NCBI GenBank assembly: GCA_027048495.1
Contig: JALTWS010000011.1
Span: forward strand, 173-64,172
Direction: 5' to 3'
Source: Candidatus Azambacteria bacterium
Lineage (GTDB): Bacteria > Patescibacteriota > Minisyncoccia > GWC2-36-17 > M10-OD1-4
DNA: 64,000 nt
In this document: positions 1 through 7,765 of the stretch, piece after piece
How positions within the stretch are numbered: position 1 is the stretch's first letter
How the letters are laid out: every line of letters begins with the position of its first letter
Translations under genes and position numbers: made by a program
The notes under the pieces: model-generated
What the model was told of the DNA's origin: nothing
What the model saw: only the letters and a program-made list of their open reading frames with translations
The model's database searches: none

Positions 1-285
1 AAACAAGAAATTTCAATGTTAGACAGTCGGCTTGAAGAGTTAAAAAAACAAAACAGCGATCTGCTAAAAAGAAAAAAAATGCTGGAAGATGAAAATATAA
101 TAGAAAAAGAGGCAAGATTGAAACTTAATTTTAAAAAAGATGGAGAAAGAGTTATTGTAATAGTAAACGAACCTAAAAAAAATAGTGACACAAAGAACAA
201 TTCAAAAGAAAAAAAACTAACTAAAAGCAAGTTTTTTGACGCTCAAAATCCTAAAAAGTGGCTTGAGTTTATATTTTTAAAGTAA
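1..285 (+). CDS. Septum-formation initiator (FtsB/DivIC-like), C-terminal part; gene likely starts upstream of window
   Basis: Frame is open from nt 1; K/E-rich coiled coil followed by ...EARLKLNFKKDGERVIVIV..., the conserved C-terminal motif of the FtsB/DivIC family. Confidence 0.45.
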   Translation, partial: KQEISMLDSRLEELKKQNSDLLKRKKMLEDENIIEKEARLKLNFKKDGERVIVIVNEPKKNSDTKNNSKEKKLTKSKFFDAQNPKKWLEFIFLK

Positions 286-294
286 AATAATTTT

Positions 295-720
295 ATGAAG
301 ATAAAATTCAAAAAATTAAAAAACGAAGCAAAAATACCTAGTTTTGCTCATGAAGGTGATGCTGGTATGGATATTTTTTGTTCAGAAGACATAACAATTC
401 CCTCTGGAAATATATATGCTGTTCCAACTGGCATAAGCATGGAAATGCCAGAAGGCTATGTTGCTTTTGTTTGGGACAAAAGCGGGCTTGCGCTAAACAG
501 TGGAGTTAAAACAATGGGTGGAGTAATTGACTCTGGCTACAGGGGAGAAATAAAAGTTATAGTTGCAAATCTTTCTGATAAGGAGCTTAATATAAAAAGC
601 GGGCAAAAAATTGCCCAGATGATTATCCAAAAATATGAAAGCCCGGAAATTGAAGTGGCAGAAGAGCTTTCGGAAACAAAAAGAGGAGAGGGCGGATTTG
701 GCTCAACCGGATTGGTTTAA
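295..720 (+). CDS. dut: dUTP diphosphatase (dUTPase)
   Basis: Motifs GDAGMD, GVIDSGYRGEI, RGEGGFGSTG are the classic trimeric dUTPase motifs; 141 aa. Confidence 0.9.
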   Translation: MKIKFKKLKNEAKIPSFAHEGDAGMDIFCSEDITIPSGNIYAVPTGISMEMPEGYVAFVWDKSGLALNSGVKTMGGVIDSGYRGEIKVIVANLSDKELNIKSGQKIAQMIIQKYESPEIEVAEELSETKRGEGGFGSTGLV

Positions 721-762
721 TTTATTAAATATTTTAAAAATATTCTTGGTTTATTACAAAAA

Positions 763-1092
763 ATGAAAAGTTTTAAATACGCTTTTGAAGGTTTGTACAA
801 AGCATTAAAAAAAGAGAGAAATTTTAGGATAATGCTTGGTCTTTTTTTGCTTTCTTTGTTTTTTATATTTTATTTTGATTTAAGTAGCAAGGAAGCTATA
901 GTTGTTGTCTTATCAGGAGTTTTGATGCTTGCAGTTGAGCTTATAAACTCTGCTTTTGAAAAAACTCTTGATGTTGTAAAAAAACATCATGATGAGAATG
1001 TAAAGTATATAAAAGACTTAATGGCAGGAGCATCTTTGCTTGTTTCTTTTGTTTGGTTTTTTGTAATCATTTACATTGTATTTTTGCCATGA
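763..1092 (+). CDS. dgkA: Diacylglycerol/undecaprenol kinase (DgkA family)
   Basis: 109-aa three-TM protein with ELINSAFE...TLD motif typical of prokaryotic DgkA. Confidence 0.7.
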   Translation: MKSFKYAFEGLYKALKKERNFRIMLGLFLLSLFFIFYFDLSSKEAIVVVLSGVLMLAVELINSAFEKTLDVVKKHHDENVKYIKDLMAGASLLVSFVWFFVIIYIVFLP

Positions 1093-1760
1093 AAAGTTTT
1101 TTAGAAACTGCAAAAGATTTTTTTGATATTTTGTTTTTAAAGTCATTTTTGGCTTTTGTTTTTGTGCTTTTTGTTTTGTTGGTTATTTCATATTTTTTGC
1201 TTGGCTGGGATGCCTTTTTGACAATGGACAGAAGCATTCAAGATTCCGTTTTTTCTTTAAGGTCAGATACTATGACAAAATTTATGGTTTTTGCAACAAA
1301 TTTTGGGGATAAAATTATAATTTTTCCTTTAACTTTGCTTATTTTTTTATATCTTTTTTTCAGGAAAAAATATTACTTTATAATGGCTCTTTTTTCATCT
1401 TCTTTTGTGTCTGCTTTGGTTGTTTATCTTGTTAAATTATTATTTGCAAGAGAAAGGCCGTTGAATTTTTTAATAGAGGCAGATGGATTTTCTTTTCCTT
1501 CCGGGCATGCTATGGTAGCGGTTGCTTTTTATGGGGTTTTATCTTATTTTGCTTATGTTTTTGCAAAAAACAGATGGGAAAGGTGGATTTCTGTTTTTTT
1601 AGGAGCTTTTTTGGTTTTTTTAGTTTCTTTCTCAAGAGTTTATCTTGGTGTTCATTTTCCTTCTGATGTGTTTTTTGGTATTGTATTTGCCGGAATATGG
1701 CTGGGTTTTGTTGTATATCTTACCGAAATAAAAAGAACAAAAAAACAGTTGCCGAAGTAG
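1089..1760 (+). CDS. PAP2-family phosphatase (undecaprenyl-diphosphatase-like)
   Basis: PSGHA...SRVYLGVHFPSDV motifs (PAP2 KX6RP/PSGH/SRX5HX3D signature); ATG at 1089 overlaps the dgkA stop (ATGA); 3' end overlaps the tRNA-Thr start by 10 nt. Confidence 0.8.
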   Translation: MKSFLETAKDFFDILFLKSFLAFVFVLFVLLVISYFLLGWDAFLTMDRSIQDSVFSLRSDTMTKFMVFATNFGDKIIIFPLTLLIFLYLFFRKKYYFIMALFSSSFVSALVVYLVKLLFARERPLNFLIEADGFSFPSGHAMVAVAFYGVLSYFAYVFAKNRWERWISVFLGAFLVFLVSFSRVYLGVHFPSDVFFGIVFAGIWLGFVVYLTEIKRTKKQLPK

Positions 1761-1823
1761 CTCAGTTGGCAGAGCAATCCCCTCGTAAGGGATAGGTCGC
1801 GGGTTCAAATCCCGCCTTCGGCT
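1751..1823 (+). tRNA. tRNA-Thr (anticodon CGU)
   Basis: Folded by hand: 7-bp acceptor GCCGAAG/CTTCGGC, D-stem GCTC/GAGC, anticodon stem ATCCC/GGGAT with loop CTCGTAA, T-arm GCGGG-TTCAAAT-CCCGC; 73 nt, no encoded CCA. Confidence 0.9.
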
Positions 1824-2011
1824 CAAGTTCAGCCTAATATAAAATTAATACATGCACAAGTTCAGAAACATATTACACTCTCAGGATAGCAATAATAATG
1901 CATCAATTTAACATATTTAAGGATACAAAAGGCTTCTTGAGTACTTGGGTATTACCATATGATAGACGAAAAAACCAAACAAAAAGTAAAGATCCTAGCC
2001 TTTTGGGATAA

Positions 2012-2416
2012 ATACGGCACACAAGCCACAGAAGACGCATACAAGGTCAAAAGAAGAACTCTCTATTTAAAATACAAAGGATACAAACAGACAATGGCAG
2101 TGAGTTTGAAAAGTATTTCAGAGAATACATAGAAAAAAGAAAGATAACCCACTTTCATAACTATCCAAAACAACCAAAGATGAATTGCTACATAGAGAGA
2201 TTCAACAGAACCATCCAAGAAGAGTTTGCAGACTTTAATTTAAACACATTGGCTTATGACTTGGACAAATTCAACGACAAACTGATAAACTGGCTTTTAT
2301 GGTACAATACGAAAAGACTGCATCATTCTTTAGGACTTATATCACCCATGAAGTTTATTATTAACAGCTACAATCCTGAAAAGTGCAATATGTTATGGAC
2401 GAGTACAATACATTGA
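2012..2416 (+). pseudogene. Remnant of an IS481/IS3-type integrase catalytic core (rve domain), decayed
   Basis: Frame 2 reads ...IQTDNGSEFEKYF...ERFNRTIQEEF...YNTKRLHHSLGLISP..., the DDE-integrase C-terminal core; no N-terminal HTH and no intact upstream ORF; located immediately 3' of tRNA-Thr. Confidence 0.6.
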
Positions 2417-2447
2417 AATCTTAAAAATACTGTGATAACATAAAAAT

Positions 2448-2684
2448 ATGTTAACAGAATTTATTTTCAAAAAATTAAAGACAGCAAAGTATAAACTCTT
2501 AGAAGACGGAAGTTATTTTGGAGAAATTCCCGGACTTTATGGTGTCTGGGCAAATGCAGAAACTTTAGAAGATTGCAGAGAAGAACTTAAAGAGGTTCTT
2601 GAGGATTGGATTTTACTTAAAATAAAAGATGGCGATAATATTCCGGGTCTTAAGGTTGATATTGATAAGAAAATTTTGGTGTAA
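2448..2684 (+). CDS. hicB: HicB-like antitoxin (UPF0150 / HicB_lk_antitox)
   Basis: YFGEIPGLYGVWANAETLEDCREELKEVLEDWI matches the HicB-like antitoxin fold signature; 78 aa; stop TAA 2 nt before the hicA ATG. Confidence 0.7.
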   Translation: MLTEFIFKKLKTAKYKLLEDGSYFGEIPGLYGVWANAETLEDCREELKEVLEDWILLKIKDGDNIPGLKVDIDKKILV

Positions 2685-2685
2685 A

Positions 2686-2898
2686 ATGCCAAAAAACATA
2701 TCTTTAAGAAAATTAGTTCAAAAATTTAGGAAATTAGGTTTTGACGGTCCTTATTCAGGGGGTCGTCATATGTTTATGATAAAAGGAAGTTTAAAAGTGC
2801 GTATTCCAAATAAACACAAAGGCGATATATCAAAGCACCTTGTGTCTGAAATTTTAAGGCAGGCGAAAATATCTTCTGATGATTGGAATAATGTGTAG
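2686..2898 (+). CDS. hicA: HicA mRNA-interferase toxin (YcfA-like)
   Basis: LRKLVQKFRKLGFDGPYSGGRHMFMIKGSLKVRIPNKHKGDISKHLVSEILRQAKIS matches the HicA family; ATG at 2686 (MPKNISLRKL) chosen in the same frame as the longer ORF-track call. Confidence 0.75.
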   Translation: MPKNISLRKLVQKFRKLGFDGPYSGGRHMFMIKGSLKVRIPNKHKGDISKHLVSEILRQAKISSDDWNNV

Positions 2899-2910
2899 CA
2901 GATATATTAA

Positions 2911-4030
2911 ATGGAAGAATTAAAAGAAAAACTAAAAGGTCTAAAAGAAAGGCTCTCAGAAATGAGAGACCGTCTTTGACTACGCAAACAAAAAGCAAAA
3001 AATAAAAGAGCTTGAAAAGGCAACAATGCATCCCGGATTTTGGGATGATGCTTTGTCTGCACAAAAAATAACAACAGAGTTAAATGAGCTTAAAGAAGAG
3101 ATTGCCGTTTTAGATTTTTTTGAGGAAGAGATTTTAAAAATGGAGAGCGATATAAAAGATATAGAAGCTATAGAAAAAGAGAGCGAAAAAAAAGAGCTTG
3201 AACAGGATTTGAAAGATAGAATTTTTAGTTTTCAAAATAAGTTTACAAAAGAAGAGATAAAAATATTTTTTTCTGGAAAGTTTGATAAAAATTATGCTAT
3301 AATATCCATATACTCAGGAGCTGGAGGCCTTGATGCCCAGGACTGGGTTTCAATGCTTTTTAAAATGTACAAAAAGTATGCAGAAAAAAGAGGATGGAAG
3401 GTAAATGTTTTGCATCATCATCAGGGAGAAGAGTCTGGAACAGAAGGTCCTGTAACAAAAAACATAACTTTTGAAGTTTTGGGAAAGTATGCTTACGGAT
3501 ATTTAAAAAAAGAAGCAGGAGTTCATCGTTTGGTAAGAGTTTCTCCTTTTTCTGCGCAAAGCTTAAGGCATACTTCTTTTGCCTATGTTGAGGTTTTGCC
3601 GGAAATTGAAGACGTAAAGAGTATTGATATAAAGCCAGAGGATTTAGAAATAGAAACCTTCAGAGCTTCAGGTCCTGGGGGCCAAAATGTAAACAAAAGA
3701 GAAACCGCTGTAAGGATAAAACACAAGCCAACAAATATAATAGTTTCTTGCCAAAATGAAAGAAACCAATCTGCAAACAAAGAAAAAGCAATGAAGCTTT
3801 TAGCTTCAAAATTAATAGAACAGCTTCAGAAGCAAAAAAAAGAACAAATATCAGAACTTAAAGGGGAAAAAGTTCAAATAGAGTGGGGAAGCCAAATTCG
3901 TTCTTATGTTTTGCATCCATACAAGCTAGTCAAAGACCACAGAACAGAAGTTGAAACTTCACAAGTTCAAGATGTGCTAAGCGGTGATTTAGATATATTT
4001 ATTGAAGCAGAGATAAAAACTTTAAATTAA
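2911..4030 (+). CDS. prfB: Peptide chain release factor 2, with programmed +1 ribosomal frameshift at codon 23
   Basis: ATG 2911 gives [22 protein letters not shown], then in-frame TGA (2977-2979) in the context CTT TGA C. The +1 frame continues [24 protein letters not shown]... through GGQ ([12 protein letters not shown]) and the RF2-specific SPF motif to the stop at 4030. Confidence 0.9.
2971..2980 (+). other. prfB autoregulatory +1 frameshift site (CGT CTT TGA C)
   Basis: The canonical RF2 shifty motif CUU UGA C is seen directly in sequence. Confidence 0.85.
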
Positions 4031-4049
4031 AATATACACGCATAACAAG

Positions 4050-4730
4050 ATGATAATTTTTGATAAAGTTTCCAAAGTATACAAAAACGGAACACAAGCG
4101 CTTGATAATGTAAGCTTTGAAATAAAAAAAGGAGAGTTTGTTTCCATAGTTGGGCAATCAGGATACGGAAAATCCACAATATTGAAGCTTATGATAGGAG
4201 AAGAGAAGCCAACAGAAGGCAGGGTTTTTGTTTCAGGATATGACGTATCTGATTTAACTGAAAAAGAGCTCCACCAGTTAAGGAAAGAAATTGGCATGAT
4301 CTTTCAAGATTTTAGGCTTCTGCCCAAAAAAACGGTTTATGAAAATGTTGCTTTTACTTTGGAAGTATCTGGAGCAACTAACAAAGAAATAGAAGAAGAT
4401 GTCCCGCAGGTTTTAAATCTAGTTGGGCTTTTGCACAAAGCAGATAAATTTCCAAATTCTTTATCAGGGGGAGAAAAGCAAAGAGTAGCGATTGCAAGAG
4501 CTTTGGTTGACAGGCCGTCTATTTTGATAGCAGATGAGCCAACAGGAAGCTTAGACTCTTTAAATACTTGGGATGTTATAAGGCTTCTTTTGAAGATAAA
4601 CGAGCTTGGCGCAACTGTTATTTTAGCAACTCACAACAGAGAAGTTATAAATATGTTAAACAAAAGAGTTATTACTTTGGACAGGGGAAAAATAATAAGA
4701 GACGAGCAAAAAGGAAGATATATTTTATAA
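4050..4730 (+). CDS. ftsE: Cell-division ABC transporter ATP-binding protein FtsE
   Basis: Walker A GQSGYGKST, ABC signature LSGGEKQRVAIARAL, Walker B ILIADEPTGSLD; adjacent to ftsX. Confidence 0.9.
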   Translation: MIIFDKVSKVYKNGTQALDNVSFEIKKGEFVSIVGQSGYGKSTILKLMIGEEKPTEGRVFVSGYDVSDLTEKELHQLRKEIGMIFQDFRLLPKKTVYENVAFTLEVSGATNKEIEEDVPQVLNLVGLLHKADKFPNSLSGGEKQRVAIARALVDRPSILIADEPTGSLDSLNTWDVIRLLLKINELGATVILATHNREVINMLNKRVITLDRGKIIRDEQKGRYIL

Positions 4731-4734
4731 AAGT

Positions 4735-5652
4735 ATGCAGCATATATTAACATCATTAAAAAGGATAACAAAAACAGGAGTAAGCAATTTCATAAGAAAT
4801 GGCTGGTTAAGCACAGCAACTGTTTCAATTTTAACAATAACTTTGTTTGTTGTTTTATTTTTGCTTATGATGTCTGTTTTGACAGAATCTGTAATAATAA
4901 ATTTACAAAACAGAGTTGATGTTTCTGTTTATTTGAAAAAAGACACAAAAGAATCAGATATTTTAAAGATGCAAAATGATTTAATTGCTCTTTCTGAAGT
5001 GAAAAGCGTTGACTATGTTTCAGAAGATGATGCTTTAATGGAATTTAGAGAGAAACACAAAGATAATGAAATAATAATACAATCTTTAGATGTTCTTGAA
5101 GAAAATCCTTTGGAGGCAAGCTTAAATATTAAAGCCAAAGATCCAAGTCAGTTCAAAACAATAGTTGAATTTTTAGAAAGTGGCCAATACAAAGACATAA
5201 TAAGCAAAATAAATTATTATGAAAATCAAGAGATAATAGAAAAAATAGGAGTTTTAATTTCTTCAATAAGAAAAATAGGGTTTACTATATCTATTGCTTT
5301 GACTATTGTAGCGTTTTTGGTTGCTTTCAATACCATAAGAATAACTATATATACAATGAAAGATGAAATAGGAATAATGAAGTTGGTTGGAGCAACAAAC
5401 TGGTTTGTTAGAGGTCCTTTTGTTGTTGAGGGGTTTTTGTATGGTTTTGTTTCTTCTTTGGTTACTGTTATTTTAGCGTTTCCTGTTTTGTATTTTAGCT
5501 CTCCTTTTATAAAAAAGTATTTTTATGACATAGATATGTTTGCTTATTTTCAAGAAAATTTAGTAATTATTTGGATAATTCTTCTTGTTGTTGGGGTTGT
5601 TATTGGTGCTTTGGGAAGTATTATTGCTATGCAAAGGTATCTTAAAATTTAG
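4735..5652 (+). CDS. ftsX: Cell-division permease FtsX
   Basis: N-terminal TM, large periplasmic loop, three C-terminal TMs; MKLVGATNWFVRGPF motif; directly downstream of ftsE. Confidence 0.85.
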   Translation: MQHILTSLKRITKTGVSNFIRNGWLSTATVSILTITLFVVLFLLMMSVLTESVIINLQNRVDVSVYLKKDTKESDILKMQNDLIALSEVKSVDYVSEDDALMEFREKHKDNEIIIQSLDVLEENPLEASLNIKAKDPSQFKTIVEFLESGQYKDIISKINYYENQEIIEKIGVLISSIRKIGFTISIALTIVAFLVAFNTIRITIYTMKDEIGIMKLVGATNWFVRGPFVVEGFLYGFVSSLVTVILAFPVLYFSSPFIKKYFYDIDMFAYFQENLVIIWIILLVVGVVIGALGSIIAMQRYLKI

Positions 5653-5710
5653 CAAGTTAAATTTGCATATTTTTTTGTTTTTGGTAAATTTTCTTTGTAT
5701 TTTTATTTAT

Positions 5711-5782
5711 TGCCGGGTCGTCTAATGGTAGGACGCTTGGTTCTGGCCCAAGTAATTGGGGTTCGAATCCCTGCCCGGCAGC
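5711..5782 (+). tRNA. tRNA-Gln (anticodon CUG)
   Basis: Acceptor UGCCGGG/CCCGGCA with U1-A72 and discriminator G73 (bacterial tRNA-Gln identity), D-stem GTCT/GGAC, anticodon stem CTTGG/CCAAG with loop TTCTGGC, T-loop TTCGAAT. Confidence 0.85.
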
Positions 5783-5786
5783 ATTT

Positions 5787-6452
5787 ATGAAAATAACCAG
5801 ATATCTATCACAAGCAACTGGTATATCAAGAAGAAAGGCGGAAAAAGAGGTCAAAAGCGGCAAAGTTTCCATAAATGGAAAAGTCGCTGAGTTTTGGCAA
5901 GAAGTGAAAAAAACCGATATTGTAAAATACAACAAAAAGATAATAAAGCTTCCCAAAAATCCAACTATTGTTATTTTAAACAAACCAAAAGGGTATTTAA
6001 CTGCAAGGTATGATCCAAAGGGTAGAAAAACGGTTATGGATCTTCTGCCAAAAAAATTTAAGCTTCTAAGACCTGTTGGAAGGTTGGATAAAGACAGTGA
6101 AGGACTTTTGGTTTTAACCGATGCGGGACAAAAAATATTTGAACTTACTCATCCAAAATTTGAAAAAGAAAAAGAATATGTTTTGCAATTGAAAGATCCT
6201 GTTTCTGAAAATTTAGTAAGAAAATTTAAAAAAGGAATAAAGTTAAGAGAAGGCTTGGCAAAAGCGGATAAAATAAAAAAGCTTAAAAGAAATGAAATTT
6301 TGGTTGTTTTACACCAAGGATACAAAAGACAGCTTCGCAGGATGGCAAAAGAATGCGGCAATGAAGTGGTAAAGCTTGTTCGCACAAAAATGGGAAGCTT
6401 TAAGCTTGGAGATTTAAAATCCGGCAAATGGAAGGTTTTGGATTATAAGTAA
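5787..6452 (+). CDS. rRNA pseudouridine synthase, RsuA/RluB family (S4 domain plus catalytic domain)
   Basis: N-terminal S4 RNA-binding region; catalytic motif VGRLDKDSEGLLVLTD with conserved Asp; 221 aa. Confidence 0.85.
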   Translation: MKITRYLSQATGISRRKAEKEVKSGKVSINGKVAEFWQEVKKTDIVKYNKKIIKLPKNPTIVILNKPKGYLTARYDPKGRKTVMDLLPKKFKLLRPVGRLDKDSEGLLVLTDAGQKIFELTHPKFEKEKEYVLQLKDPVSENLVRKFKKGIKLREGLAKADKIKKLKRNEILVVLHQGYKRQLRRMAKECGNEVVKLVRTKMGSFKLGDLKSGKWKVLDYK

Positions 6453-6490
6453 AGTTTTTGATTATAAAAAGCAAAATTATATTTTAAACA

Positions 6491-6523
6491 CAAAAACTCC
6501 AGGCCCGGTTGGGCTGGAGTTTT
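6491..6523. terminator. Bidirectional intrinsic terminator (A-tract, 11-bp stem, T-tract)
   Basis: AAAAACTCCAG-gcccggttggg-CTGGAGTTTTT, perfect stem flanked by A5 and T5. Confidence 0.65.
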
Positions 6524-6555
6524 TCAAATGAAAAAGTATGGTATATAATTGAATT

Positions 6556-6975
6556 ATGAGGATTATTTTAAAAGAGAAAAACAAATATATTTTAAGATTT
6601 GATACGGAAGATGAAGTTTTAAGCTTGCTTTCTGGCTTTTGTGTAAAACATAAAATAAACGCAGGCTTTTTTTCTGCTTTTGGAGCATGCAAAGAAGTTG
6701 AGCTTGCGTATTACGACCTTGATAAAAAAGAGTATCAAAGTGTTAATACAAGCCAAAGAATGGAGATAGTAAGCCTTACTGGAAATGTTGCAAAAATGGA
6801 CGATGATATTATAATTCACTCTCATGGAGTTTTTGCAGATTCTGGTATGAAAACAAAAGGGGGTCATGTAAAAAAATTGGTAGTTTCTGCAACTTGTGAA
6901 ATGTTTTTTTATGCTTTTGAAGAAGGTATGAAAAGGGAATTTGATAAAAATACAGGACTTAATTTACTTTTATGA
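6556..6975 (+). CDS. PPC/DUF296 domain protein
   Basis: ...EIVSLTGNVAKMDDDIIIHSHGVFADSGMKTKGGHVKKLVVSATCEMF... matches the PPC (DUF296) fold signature; TGGTATATAAT lies 6 nt before the ATG (leaderless candidate). Confidence 0.55.
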   Translation: MRIILKEKNKYILRFDTEDEVLSLLSGFCVKHKINAGFFSAFGACKEVELAYYDLDKKEYQSVNTSQRMEIVSLTGNVAKMDDDIIIHSHGVFADSGMKTKGGHVKKLVVSATCEMFFYAFEEGMKREFDKNTGLNLLL

Positions 6976-7253
6976 AATTGATTTTATTTTTATTGTTTTT
7001 TGTAATACTTTTTGTATTTGTTTTGGCTAGCGTTGTTTTGATTTATCATTTTGTGCGCTTCAGGATGGAAAAAGAGCATCATCGTTTATTGGTGAGCGTT
7101 TTTGTTGTTGGGTCTTTGCTTTTTTTTATTTTGGAGTTTTGGCTGTTTTTTTCTATAGATACAGAAAAAATAGCAAAGTATTTTATCAAAGAAGCAGGGC
7201 AAAAAATAGAACAAAACCAAATAATAGATCCTTTTAATATAAATTTAAGATGA
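6972..7253 (+). CDS. Small membrane protein (2 TM), hypothetical
   Basis: ORF with two hydrophobic helices; ATGA overlap with the upstream gene; pairs with the downstream bPH-domain protein (YdbS/YdbT-like arrangement). Confidence 0.4.
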   Translation: MKLILFLLFFVILFVFVLASVVLIYHFVRFRMEKEHHRLLVSVFVVGSLLFFILEFWLFFSIDTEKIAKYFIKEAGQKIEQNQIIDPFNINLR

Positions 7254-7765
7254 TATCCATAAAAAAAGATGAAAAGTTAATATCTGTTTACAGAAGGCAT
7301 AAATTTATAATATTTTTAGAGCTTGCTCCTTTGGTGATTTTTTCAGTTTTAATTATGTTTGCGGCTTGGTTTTTGATTTATTTTGTTTTATCTGATGCTT
7401 TGTTTGTTCCTATTGTTTTGTTTTTTATGTTTGTTTTTTTGCATATTTTTTGGATAGCGGCTTTTATATACTTGGCAGATTATTATTTGGATATATGGAT
7501 TTTAACAGACAAAAGAGTGATAACAATAGAGCAAAAAAGTTTGTTTTCAAGGGTATTGTCTGAGTTTGAGCTGTCAAAAATACAAGAGATAAGCGTTGAT
7601 ATTCATGGAGTTTTGCCTACTATAATAGATTATGGAGATGTTACTGTAAGAACAGCAAGTGAAAATCAAAATTTTATTTTCAAGCAAGTTGGAAACCCAA
7701 ACAAAGTAAAAGACGATATAATGCTTCAAGCTGAAAAATATACAAAAAAAAGATTTTATGGATAA
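7250..7765 (+). CDS. Membrane protein with bacterial PH (bPH_2/DUF304) domain
   Basis: Two N-terminal TMs, then DYYLDIWILTDKRVITIEQKSLFSR...GDVTVRT, typical of the YdbT/bPH_2 domain. Confidence 0.5.
   Translation: MISIKKDEKLISVYRRHKFIIFLELAPLVIFSVLIMFAAWFLIYFVLSDALFVPIVLFFMFVFLHIFWIAAFIYLADYYLDIWILTDKRVITIEQKSLFSRVLSEFELSKIQEISVDIHGVLPTIIDYGDVTVRTASENQNFIFKQVGNPNKVKDDIMLQAEKYTKKRFYG

Noticed and set aside
1632-1826. 64-aa minus-strand ORF overlapping tRNA-Thr
   Set aside because: It is simply the reverse complement of the tRNA and the PAP2 3' end; no coding support
2774-3064. 96-aa minus-strand ORF across the hicA / prfB frameshift region
   Set aside because: Antisense to well-supported hicA and prfB; hydrophobic low-complexity translation typical of AT-rich antisense frames
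5657-5983. 108-aa minus-strand ORF overlapping tRNA-Gln and the rsuA start
   Set aside because: Overlaps a confidently folded tRNA and a conserved CDS; spurious
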